Assembly (NCBI RefSeq): GCF_018977255.1
Contig: NW_024704742.1
Coordinates: 38,564,001-38,628,000 of the forward strand
Direction of reading: 5' to 3'
DNA length: 64,000 nucleotides
From: Callorhinchus milii
Taxonomy: Eukaryota
The stretch's first letter is position 1; every line of letters begins with the position of its first letter. The position numbers were made by a program, and so were the translations under genes. The notes under the pieces were generated by a model. That model saw only the letters and a list, made by a program, of their open reading frames with translations. It did no database searches and was not told the origin of the DNA. Below, piece by piece: positions 1 to 10,600 of this stretch.

Positions 1-46
1 ATAAGTATGGAAATATTTGCTGAATTTCCTTAACATATCTCCATAG

Positions 47-243
47 ATATGGTTTTCCAAGGGATGGCTTCAGCAAAAGCCCAGTGGGCCTTGGTCATTC
101 TCGTAAGTGTTTACATAGCATCACTTGCAATTGAATTGCGATTTTACAACTTTCAGATTCACTTCTGGGATATAAGAAATAGTTCAGGAAACACGAATAA
201 AGCGGGAGCACAAGTCATTCTGGCTTCAAACCTTGTTAGTTAA
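47..243 (+). CDS. TMEM150C: Last coding exon of TMEM150C-like copy 0 (rest of gene lies upstream of the window)
   Basis: U12 branch point TTCCTTAAC and TAG acceptor before 47. Encodes (Y)MVFQGMASAKAQWALVILVSVYIASLAIELRF..., aligning to TMEM150C [24 protein letters not shown]. Near-identical to 14361-14557 and 26704-26900. Confidence 0.8.
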
Positions 244-624
244 ACATGCAGTATTTGTCCTGTAAAGAGTACAGAATAGTGACAGGGTATACTGTCAGTT
301 TTCACTTTGAATATTATTGTTGAGTTTTGTTTTTCAAAGAACAGTATATTCTGTACAACTAACTATTTAACTCCATTACTGATCTTCCTTGGTCAGACTG
401 ATCTTTGATATCAAGCGGGTAAGGGTGCCCCTATCTGGAGAAGCAGTATTTGCACACTGCAGAGTCACTAGGTTTTGACTCTTACCAACCTGCATTGAAT
501 ACATTCTGGAATAAGGCAAACAAGCTGAGTCCATTCGGGAGAATGGGTAGTCGATTTCAAACAGAGAAATTTCATGTGTAGGTGACGTACATATGTGAAA
601 CTCTGTCCAGTTTGGATAGTCTTA

Positions 625-1060
625 ATAATAATAATAATAATCATCCGTGAATTTGATACAGCACCTCAAACGTCTCAAAGCGCTTCACAGAATATCCTGT
701 AAAGTTAATTGAATGTATATTTTGTTGGTGAAATGTGTTAGCCAATTGCATACAGCAGTATCCCACAAACATGATGATGGGTTTCTGCACTGCTCCAGAG
801 AGATATTCCTTCCACTTTGAGTAATGTTATTGAAATAGGGCTTCTGAATTTGGTAGGATGTAAAAGTGAAAATAATAAATAATAATTTACATTTGATATA
901 GCGCATTATCACGTCTTCGATACGTCTCAAAACGCTTCACAGAATATACTGTAAAGTGAATTCATTGTATATTTTGTAGGCGAAACGCAGGAGCCAATTG
1001 CGCACAGCAGCGTCCCACAAACAGTTGTGGATTGAGTGACCGCATTATTATTATTATTAT
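625..1060 (-). mobile_element. Two 5'-truncated SINE 3' fragments between TMEM150C-like and NDUFS2 3' ends (repeated in each unit)
   Basis: Match the body and tail of the full-length SINE (AAGCGCTTCACAGAATATACTGTAAAGTGAATT, CCAATTGCGCACAGCAG, (TAA)n). Confidence 0.7.
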
Positions 1061-1096
1061 TAATATACTGTAATATTGAATTATTTCCAGCGTTGT

Positions 1097-2470
1097 TTAC
1101 CGATCAACTTCACCAAACACAATATCTTGTGTTCCTATAATCGCAACCACATCAGCTAACATGTGTCCCTGAGACATTTTATCAAGTCCGGCTAAATGAG
1201 CAAAACCGGGCGCTTTAATCTTACATCTATAAGGGCGACTTGTTCCATCTGACACTAAATACACTCCAAACTCCCCCTTTGGCGCTTCAATCGCTGTGTA
1301 AGTGGCCCCAGGCGGAACTTGATATCCCTCCGTATATAACTTAAAATGATGGATTAATGCTTCCATTGACTCCTTCATCTCGCTTCTCTTGGGAGGAGAG
1401 ATTTTAGCATCATCAACTTTGATCTCTCCCTCAGGCATCTTGTTCAGGGCCTGAAGTACAATCCTCAAACTCTGCCTCATCTCCTCCACCCGACACACAT
1501 AGCGATCATAACAATCTCCATTACTTCCTATGGGGACGTCGAATTCCACCTGGTCATAGGCATCGTAGGGTTGAGATTTTCTTAAATCCCATTTTATCCC
1601 AGATCCTCTTAACATCACCCCACTGAATCCATAATTCAACGCTTCCTGAGCTGTTATGACTCCAATATCAACCGTACGATTTTTCCAAATTCTGTTGTCT
1701 GTGAACATCTCCTCGACCTCATCAATTCGGATCGAGAAATTGGTCATAAAGGTGTATATATCGTCCATTAATCCGAGGGGAAGGTCCTGATGGACACCAC
1801 CAGGTCGGACATAAGCTGCGTGCATTCTGGCTCCGGAAACCCGCTCGTAGAATTCCAACATCTTTTCCCTCTCCTCGAACATCCAGAAAAATGGGGTCAT
1901 CGCCCCAATATCAAGAGCGTGTGTGGTTATGGCCATAATGTGGTTCAATATTCTGGTGATCTCTCCGAACAGGACTCTTATCCACTGAGCTCGAGGAGGT
2001 GGTCTGATGTTCAGCAGCTTCTCCACAGCGAGAGAATAGCACTGTTCATTGCACATCATAGACACGTAATCCAGTCTGTCAAAGTAGGGCAGGGCCTGCA
2101 GGTAGGTTTTAGCCTCGATCAGTTTCTCTGTCCCGCGGTGTAAGAGGCCGATGTGGGGGTCACACCGCTTGACCGACTCCCCACTCAACTCCATCACCAG
2201 CCTCAGGACACCATGAGCTGCCGGGTGTTGTGGCCCAAAGTTTACAGTCAGGGTAGAGACGGTTTTCTCTGCCGGAGGGTCTTTGTCGTTCCAGGGCGCA
2301 GGTTTCCACTTGATGTTGTTGTGATCGGGATACATGACGGCCCCGGAGTATTGCTGCATCCACTGCTCGTCCGGCTGCCACTGCTGAGCTCCTCGGCTGA
2401 TGGCGGCCCCGAGGCCCTGAAGAGGCGGGAGGAGGAGGCGCTGAGCTCGACATAGCCCGGCTCTCAGCAT
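1097..2470 (-). CDS. NDUFS2: Intronless NADH:ubiquinone oxidoreductase 49 kDa subunit (complex I), retrogene copy 1, 457 aa
   Basis: Single uninterrupted ORF with an Arg-rich N-terminal transit-like peptide. Carries [39 protein letters not shown] and C-terminal DIVFGEVDR. Confidence 0.96.
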   Translation of the reverse strand: MLRAGLCRAQRLLLPPLQGLGAAISRGAQQWQPDEQWMQQYSGAVMYPDHNNIKWKPAPWNDKDPPAEKTVSTLTVNFGPQHPAAHGVLRLVMELSGESVKRCDPHIGLLHRGTEKLIEAKTYLQALPYFDRLDYVSMMCNEQCYSLAVEKLLNIRPPPRAQWIRVLFGEITRILNHIMAITTHALDIGAMTPFFWMFEEREKMLEFYERVSGARMHAAYVRPGGVHQDLPLGLMDDIYTFMTNFSIRIDEVEEMFTDNRIWKNRTVDIGVITAQEALNYGFSGVMLRGSGIKWDLRKSQPYDAYDQVEFDVPIGSNGDCYDRYVCRVEEMRQSLRIVLQALNKMPEGEIKVDDAKISPPKRSEMKESMEALIHHFKLYTEGYQVPPGATYTAIEAPKGEFGVYLVSDGTSRPYRCKIKAPGFAHLAGLDKMSQGHMLADVVAIIGTQDIVFGEVDR

Positions 2471-3412
2471 CTCTTCTTTCTCTCCTCTCTCCTTCCCTCT
2501 CTCTCACTCCTTCCCCTCTCTCTCTCTCCTTCCCCTCTCTCTCTCTCCTTCCCCTTCTCTCTCTCCTTCCCTCTCTCTCACTCCTGCTCTCCTTCTCCTT
2601 CACCCTCCTTCCCTCTCTCTGTCTCTCTCACTCCTGCTCTCCTTCCCCCTCCTTCCCTCTCTCTCTCCTTCTCTTTCTCCTCTCTCTCTCTCACTCCTGC
2701 TCTCCGTCTCCTTCCCTCGCTCTCTCCTCTCTCTCCTTCCCCCCCCTCTCTCTCACTGCTGCTNNNNNNNNNNNNNNNNNNNNNNNNNNNNNNNNNNNNN
2801 NNNNNNNNNNNNNNNNNNNNNNNNNNNNNNNNNNNNNNNNNNNNNNNNNNNNNNNNNNNNNNNNNNNNNNNNNNNNNNNNNNNNNNNNNNNNNNNNNNNN
2901 NNNNNNNNNNNNNNNNNNNNNNNNNNNNNNNNNNNNNNNNNNNNNNNNNNNNNNNNNNNNNNNNNNNNNNNNNNNNNNNNNNNNNNNNNNNNNNNNNNNN
3001 NNNNNNNNNNNNNNNNNNNNNNNNNNNNNNNNNNNNNNNNNNNNNNNNNNNNNNNNNNNNNNNNNNNNNNNNNNNNNNNNNNNNNNNNNNNNNNNNNNNN
3101 NNNNNNNNNNNNNNNNNNNNNNNNNNNNNNNNNNNNNNNNNNNNNNNNNNNNNNNNNNNNNNNNNNNNNNNNNNNNNNNNNNNNNNNNNNNNNNNNNNNN
3201 NNNNNNNNNNNNNNNNNNNNNNNNNNNNNNNNNNNNNNNNNNNNNNNNNNNNNNNNNNNNNNNNNNNNNNNNNNNNNNNNNNNNNNNNNNNNNNNNNNNN
3301 NNNNNNNNNNNNNNNNNNNNNNNNNNNGTCCTTCCCCCTCTCCCTCCCTCTCTCTCTCCTTCCCCCCCTCTCTCCCCCTCTCTGTCTCCTTCCCCCTCTC
3401 CCCCTCTCTCCC
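2471..3412. repeat. Polypyrimidine/polypurine (CT/GA) tract abutting the NDUFS2 ATG; contains N gap 2764-3327
   Basis: CTCTCCTTCCC-type units on both sides of the gap. Confidence 0.9.
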
Positions 3413-3640
3413 CGACACAAGGTCACCACAAAATGGCGAGGCTGTGGTGAGAGCAGTGCATTCTGGGAATCTTTCTGCCTGAAACGCCTCCAGAACACAC
3501 AGTTGTCGGCGCTGCCATCGGGTGGAGGTTTTTGCAGCACTTTGTGTTGGATGTCAGGAGGGCAATAACTTGCACTTATTGGTTTGTTTAGTGCCAATCA
3601 TAGGGTAAGACGATGGTCTCATAAGTGCTCCATATAGATA

Positions 3641-3962
3641 ATAATAATAATAATCCTTGCATTTGATATAGCGCTTTTCACGTCGGGAGGACGTCCCAAA
3701 GCGCTTCACAGAACACACTGTAAAGTGAATTGACTGTATATTTGTGGGCGAACGCGGCAGCCAATTGCGCACAGCAATGTCCCACAAACAGTCGTAGATT
3801 GAAAATGACCAATTTATTATTGTTTTTGGTTTTGGAGGGATTATTATTAGGCTCTGTGTGGAGTAAGGAAACTTGCCCAAGGTTTCGCCCTCTGCCTGGA
3901 ATTGAACTCAGGTCTCTCGCTTGCAAAGCGAGTGCTCTAACCACTGAGCTACAGGACTCCAC
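3641..3962 (-). mobile_element. Full-length young tRNA-derived SINE, present in this array unit only
   Basis: Head GGAGTCCTGTAGCTCAGTGGTTAGAGCAC...GAGTTCAATTCC (A/B boxes) and (TTA)n tail. Flanked by AGATA at 3636-3640 and 3963-3967. Empty site at ~17670 and ~29715. Confidence 0.9.
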
Positions 3963-4162
3963 AGATAGTGGAGGAAAGACTGTCCAGGAGGGAAGTTTAT
4001 CAATGCCGCTTTGTAAATCACTGGTGTGACTGCACTTGGAATACTGTGTACAGTTATTATAATAATCCTCAAGTTAATAATCCCTCAAGAAATTTTTTTT
4101 TGCTCACTCAATCCACAATTGGCCGACAAGTTTTGCCCAATCAATATGCAGTCAATTCACTT

Positions 4163-4475
4163 GGAGTCCTGTAGCTCAGCGGTGAGAGCACTCGCTTTGC
4201 AAGTGAGAGACCTGAGTTCAATTCCAGGCAGAGGGCGAAACCTCGGGCAAGTTTCCTTACTCCACACAGAGCCTAATAATAATCCCTCCAAAACAAAAAC
4301 AATGATAAATTGGTCATTTTCAATCCACCACTGTTTGTGGGACATTGCTGTGCGCAATTGGCTGCCGCGTTCGCCCACAAATGTACAGCCAATTCATTTT
4401 ACAGTATATTCTTTGAAGCGCTTTGGGACGTCCTGTACCAAATGCAAGGATTATTATTATTATTATTATTATTAT
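4163..4475 (+). mobile_element. Full-length tRNA-derived SINE
   Basis: tRNA-like head and ...AAATGCAAGGATTATTATT tail. Counterpart at 17868-18181. Confidence 0.88.
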
Positions 4476-4481
4476 AACACG

Positions 4482-4622
4482 CAGCAGGTCAGGCAGCATC
4501 TATGGAGAAAGGAAAGGGAATGAACGTTTCGGGTGCACGACCCTTCGTGAAGACGCAATCGTGGACCCCAAACATTGACTGACTTTCCTTTCCTTTCTCC
4601 GCGGATGCTGCCTGACCTGCTG
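4482..4622. repeat. ~140 bp imperfect palindrome (Penelope/MITE-like element)
   Basis: CAGCAGGTCAGGCAGCATCTATGGAGAAAGGAAAGG pairs with CCTTTCCTTTCTCCGCGGATGCTGCCTGACCTGCTG. Copy at 18188-18328. Confidence 0.75.
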
Positions 4623-4679
4623 AGCCCTCCCAGTGATCTCGGGCTCTGCTCCGGATTTCCAGCGTTGAGCGCCTTTGCC

Positions 4680-4850
4680 GAAGTGGGAATGACCTGTCAG
4701 TTGCGCGGCACCGCCCACCCGACACCCGAGGCCGCTGATTGGTCCGAGCGTCTGTCAGTCAGGACGCGGGCCCAATGAGACAGGCGAGGAGGCGGCTGCG
4801 CGTCAGCATCACGTGGGGTCAGGGGCGGTGAGGAAGGCACAAGGTAACGG
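4680..4850 (+). promoter_or_regulatory. CpG-rich promoter and probable non-coding exon 1 of TMEM150C-like copy 1
   Basis: ATTGG and CCAAT boxes, CACGTG E-box, GGGGCGG GC-box, and a donor AAG|GTAACG at 4843/4844. The next exon (acceptor at 7582) carries the ATG. Confidence 0.6.
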
Positions 4851-5109
4851 TCTGTCTCGACAGCCGCTTCGAACAGGAGACGGTGGTGATCGCACTCACA
4901 CTCACACACTGGGGGTCACACCAACATCGGGCGGTGACTCACGTATCGCCTTTCACACGGTAACGACAATAACTTGACGGCGGCGGCGGAGCGCGGGGGG
5001 TGGAGGGGGGTCGAAGAGGAAGGCCTTCGGGTGCGACCTGAAGGTGGGGGAGGGGAGGGCCCAGGGGAGGGGAAGAATGTTCTAGAGTTTCGGGGGGGGG
5101 GGGGGTGGG

Positions 5110-5760
5110 GTGCCACAACAACAACATGACATTTATAGAGAGCGCCTTTCGCGTTGGGAGGACCTCCCAAAGCGCTGGACATTAAGGTGTACGCGGCTCG
5201 AGCGTGGGGGGAGGGGAGGGGGTGGGGGGGGAGGGGTGTGGGGGTGGGAGGGGTGGAGGGGAGAGCGACCAAAGGCGCGGTCGAAGAGAAGGGTCGTGAG
5301 ACCGGCCTTGAAGGAGGCGAGGGAGGGAGGGAGGGAGGGAGGCGGAGGGACCGTGGGGTGGGGTTCCAGAGCGAGGGGCAGAGAGGCTGAAAGCCCGGAC
5401 ACCGATGGTCGGGCGGGTCGGGCCCCGCTGAACGGAGGGAGCGGGCGGGTTGATAGGGAACAGATGGCCCACGGGACGTGCGGAAGGCCAGAGCCCGTCG
5501 AGCGGAGGCAGCGGGTCGTGGGTTGGGGGGGTAAGGGAGGTACCAGGGCTGGAGGGGATTTGAAAGCGAGTGTGAGGATCGTGAAACTGATGTGTTTGGC
5601 GATGGGGAGCCAGTGGAGTCTGGCTATAATTGGGGTGATGGGGGTGCGGAGTTCAGTACGAGTGAGTATGCGGGCGGTGGAGTTTTGGATCAGCCGGACC
5701 TTGTGGATGGTGGAGCTGCGGGGACTGGCGAGGAGCGCATTTGAATAGTCGTTTTAATTT
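5110..5760 (-). mobile_element. L2-type LINE 3' fragment
   Basis: Degenerate ORF2 C-terminus on the minus strand (RAFSLSAP..., SLASFKAGLTT.LF) and a (CAA)n tail. Confidence 0.7.
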
Positions 5761-6481
5761 TCTTAATGCACTTTTTGTTCTTTGTTTTGAACTACTTGGA
5801 CAGGGTAGCACGTCAAGCGATAGGGTCTTGTGGTCAAATGGGGAGATTTTTTTTTTCACTTTGTTTTGCGCTGCTCACCTGCTTTTATCTGTTTCAGGCG
5901 GGTTTGCTTAAGTGACTGGTCAGATGCTTCTTTGTACGTTTTAACTTTCTCCTAATGCATTTTTTGTTCTTAGTTTGGACCTACTTGGACCTATCTCTGG
6001 AACTCTCTGCCTCAATCCCTCTGTCTTGCCCCCTCTTTGCCTGTCTTGAAACCACCCCGGAAGACTTTGCTCTTTTACCTTGCTTTTGGTCACCTCCCCT
6101 CTCTATCCAGTGCAGCGTCAAACCACATCTCTGTTAAGTGCTCTGAGATATTACTGCTTTAGTTGTGTTTTACTTGCCTTTCTCTGCTCGCCACCAATCC
6201 ACCATCTCTGAGGAAGAGTCCCACTGAAAACGCTATCCTGTCTTTCTCTTTCAGATACTATCGATAGGCTGTGCATTTCCACTTCTATTCCTTTCTATTC
6301 CTATTCCTTGGTTCCCTAACAATCAGCAGAGCAGATTCCCACCTCGGTTTTCTGAGGTGGATTTCAACCAGGGTCACAGAGGTGAAATGATTCTGCCAAA
6401 TCTACAGCACCACCCAATGTCCCATTTATGTTCTATTAATGCTGTGCAATTTAGCTCCTACCAAGAAATGGTGTTCAGACA

Positions 6482-6850
6482 ACCACAACAACAACAAAAT
6501 TAGATTTATAGAGTGCCTTTCAAATCGGGAGGACCTCCCAAAGTGCTGAACATGTCAGGTGTTGGGACCCGAGCATGGGGGAGTGGTGGGTGTAGGGGTG
6601 AGGGAAGGCAGAAAGGTGGGAGAGCGACCAAAGGCACGATCGAAGAGAAGGGTCGTGAGACCGGCCTTGAAGGAGGCGAGGGAGGGAGGGAGGGAGGGAG
6701 GGAGCGAGGCAAAGGGATTGTGGGATGGAGTTCCAGAGTGTGGGGGCAGAGAGGCTGAAAGCCCGGCCACCGATGGTTGGGCGGGAGACATGGAGCAGAC
6801 CAGAGCCCACTGAAGGAGAGAGTGGGCAGGTTGGTAGAAAGTCAGCAAGT
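6482..6850 (-). mobile_element. L2-type LINE 3' fragment (second copy)
   Basis: [20 protein letters not shown] motif and (CAA)n tail. Homologous to 5110-5410. Confidence 0.7.
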
Positions 6851-7619
6851 CAGAGAGTTTGGAGGGAGGAGAAGCCGTTTGCTGCGAGACAAAGGCAGAG
6901 AGAGTTCAGTTCAGCAGATACCAGTTCAGTGAGATATTGTAACCAGATTGATATGGGGCTGTGAGCAACTGTTCCTACTACATGGAGCATCAGTAGCCAC
7001 ACCATCGAGCAACTTGCAGCCAGTGAGTGCTCCCTGCATGGTGATTGGGTTACGGGAGGGAGGCTTGAGAGGCTTCCAGCAACAGTGTCCCATAGTGCCT
7101 TCAAGAAATGCCCTCCCAATAATAAAATAATAATCATCTTTGCATTTAATATAGCACCATTCATGTTGGGTGGATTTCTCAAAGCGTTTCAAAAGATTTT
7201 ACAAAAGTTTGGTATTTGTGCATTGGAGGGTTGTGCATCTGACCAGTCACTGGGCTCTTCTACAAAAAGGAAGCCTATCGATGAGCCGAGAGGGTTCGAA
7301 AGACATTCCCACCCATGGGGACAATGTGTCTGGGAGGAGCAGGTGTCCCTCCTTTCTGTTAGTGCTCACTGCAGGTGGTATGAGTTATTTTGTTGCATTT
7401 GGTTCAATGGTCAGTGCTGCAAGACGCTACCCCATGTGAGGGGCCCAATATATAAATTAAGTTGTTGTTCTCGTCAATGGTTTGTTCACCAATTATGATT
7501 GGTGTCGATAGTTTCTTCTGTGACACCCTCATGCCCACTAAAAAATCTTTGTGCAAGTAACACCTTGTCGCTTTTGTTTCAGAAAGAAAGAAGTCAAAAT
7601 TTGTAAACCACACACTAAA

Positions 7620-10600
7620 ATGAAGAAAATAAGCTTTTGGATGTGCATTCCCATTGCATTCCTGATTGTTGTCATCATTGGAATAATTACAGTGTAAGTT
7701 TACTTTCCTGCTCCTACTATCCTGTGTGAACTAGTCTGCAATTTGTTTTATTTAGTTACAATAAAATAGAGGTTGGACTTGTTCTTCTCCCTCTGCTGAG
7801 GATGTGAGTTACCTGTAGGTGGTTTGAAGCATTTGCATTGATGCCAAACTAAATAGAATTAACATTGTTCAAATGTTTAAAATCCAGCTGATAATTGAGA
7901 AGTTTACTTCTTGTTAAAACTCCAACCAATTTATTTAAATTTAAATATCTTTTGTTAGTTTATTTTTATTAATATTAAGAATATCAATGCATTGTACACC
8001 TGACAATACATGCTGTGAAGCTTTGTACCTGTGTGTGAGTGTGTGTGCCTCTCCGTCTCTCTCTCTCTACATCGACATTGAGGCTTTCTCCTCATGGTTC
8101 ATTCAGCGAGTTTATCCAGAGTATAGATGAGCCACGTGGACTATGAAGATCCCAGGTTTGATCCCCAGTCTGTACTGAGTTATAACCTTTTTAGATTGGT
8201 ATAGAAACCCCCATTATAATGAATTGACTGTTTCAGGTCCATAAGCCGTGAGGGGGGATAAAGCTAAATTGGCTGCCACAGTCACTTCCTGCAGGTTGCA
8301 CATGTGCACTATGAGCAAATGTATCAGCCAGGCTCAGTTGGTAGCACTCTCGCCTCCGAGTCAGAACATTGTGGGTTCAAGCTTCACATTGGAACCCATA
8401 TAGTCTATGCTGACCCTCCGATGCAGTGCTGGGGTTACGCCGCATTGTCAGACGTGACATCTTTCGGATGAGATGTTAAACCAAGGTCCCGTCTGCCTGT
8501 TCAGGTGGATGTTAAAGATTCCATGGCACGATTCGAAAGGAGAAGGGAGTTTCTGACAGTGTCCGGGCCAACAATTCCCCCAAGTAACGACCATTTAACA
8601 CTTCCCACAATCCAGTGTACTACAGCACTGCATTGGAGTATTAGTCCAGACTATGAAAAGTGCTGATGTGGGCTTGAACCCACAACAACACCAACTTGCA
8701 TTTATTTTGGCCCTTCACGCAAGTAACATCTTGGAGTGTTTAAAATGAATCTTCTGATTGAGAAATGAGTGCTACCAGCTGAGCCAGGCTGCCTTGACAT
8801 TTTGTAGTGTGTTTGGTGAACAGGTCCAACTCCAGCACATCTGGGGACCAGTCATTGTGTTAAAGTCACTAAAGTCAGTGCATGCATTTATTTGTGCCAT
8901 ATTAACATTGTTAGCAAGTCACAACACTGGAAGATGGGTCAGGTAATAATAATCCTTACATTTGATACAACAACAACAAGATTACATTTGTGCAGCACCT
9001 TATCACATCGTCGAGATGTCTCAAAGTGCTTCACAGGATATACTGTAAAGTGGATTGACTGTATTTTGTGGGCAAAACGTGCAGCCAGTTTGCTGTGGAG
9101 TGAGTGACCAATTTTTACTGGGGAATTTGTTGGTCAGGACAGTGGGAGAGTTACCCCTTTCTTTTCGAATGTGCCATAGGATCTTTAACATCCACCTAAT
9201 CAGGCAGATGGGACCTCGAATTAATGTCTCATCTGAAATGACGATACCTCCAACAATGTATCACCGCCCCCCAGAACTAGAATGTCAGCTTGGACTATGT
9301 GATCCCAAGTCCCGACATGGGATTTGAACCCACAATCTTCTGACTCAGAGACGAAAATGCTACTACTGCGCCAGGCTGACACACAGTCAATAGACAGGAG
9401 AGGTCTCCAGCAACAGTAGCATGGAGAACCAGCATCCCAATGGAATAATTCAGGTTTCACTACAAAAGGAAGGGAAGCCTAGAGAGGGGCCTAGAGGGAA
9501 ATAAGAGAAAGAAGATGGGAATAAAATACTCTGGATATGTTTTATTTTAGGATCATTTTAGACATGTCAAATTTTATTTTAAACAGATACGTAATAGCAA
9601 GGCAAGAGCAAAGGGTCTGTTCACTTGTTAGCACGTGAGTTAAATTTTTTTGGCCACATAATATCTTAACCTACATTACTTGGGCATAAATTTGTTTGGA
9701 AGGACTCGTGCCTGGAGGAGAATTTGGGGTATTGCCTTTGGCTGCTGGGCTCGGAATTAGGGAATCTCTGACAGGGATTTGTCTAACTGATCGGTATCCA
9801 GTAACCTTTTGCTGGAAATTATGTATGTGTGTGTGTGTGGCTGTTGGGTGATCGAGGGAGGGGTAATGTCTGGAATTGTTATGCTCTTAGGCTTAAGACC
9901 TTTGTATTAAAATTGGAGAAGACTATGCTGAGTTTGGGAAAATGGTCTTAAATTCAGTTTTAATTTGGAAACCCATTTTCCACAGTTCCTACTTGGTCCT
10001 GCAGAAAAATAACTCCTGAATTGAGACTGAATTGAAAATAGTTTTCCAAAATTCTGCATGATCTTTGGTTTGTAATGCAAGATTATGCAGAAGTTTGGAA
10101 AATTAATACATTCAGTCTGAATTCAGAAGCTGTTTTTCTGTTGTTCCTCCAAAGAGCTGAGTAAAATTAATTTTAAAAATCTTGCAAAATTCTGCCTGAT
10201 CTTATATTTTGAGTTAAGGAGATGCACGGTTGAGGGGGAGAGATGGAAGAGCAATAAAATGCAACATATAATTATTGAAATCTATTTACCCTGTAAGTAG
10301 ATTTGTTTCCATGTTGTATGACTGTAAATAACTGTATGTTAATCAAAACCAATTGTGTTTTCTTGCTGGTTTTTCTTATTGAATGTAGGCAAGAAAATTG
10401 TACATTGAAAACTCCCTTTATAAGGTACAGTAGACTTCTATGCAATGTATTTTATTCAGTTTCACCTCTTATTAGTTAATTCAATGTAATATTTTGGAAA
10501 ATCACTCTTTTTCTTTTGAAGTGTGACAGCTGAATATCCTCCTGGAAGCTATATTTTTGCGGAAACAATGTGCCTTGCAGCATTTTTAGGTAGGAAAAGA

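Noticed and set aside
1790-2455. Plus-strand ORFs inside NDUFS2 (repeated in each unit)
   Set aside because: Antisense shadows of the real CDS with no recognisable motifs.
1097-2470. NDUFS2 ORF as a NUMT or a bacterial nuoD transfer/contaminant
   Set aside because: Animal mtDNA has no nad7. The ORF uses the standard code, has a vertebrate-type N-terminus ([12 protein letters not shown]) with a transit-like peptide, and is embedded among host repeats.
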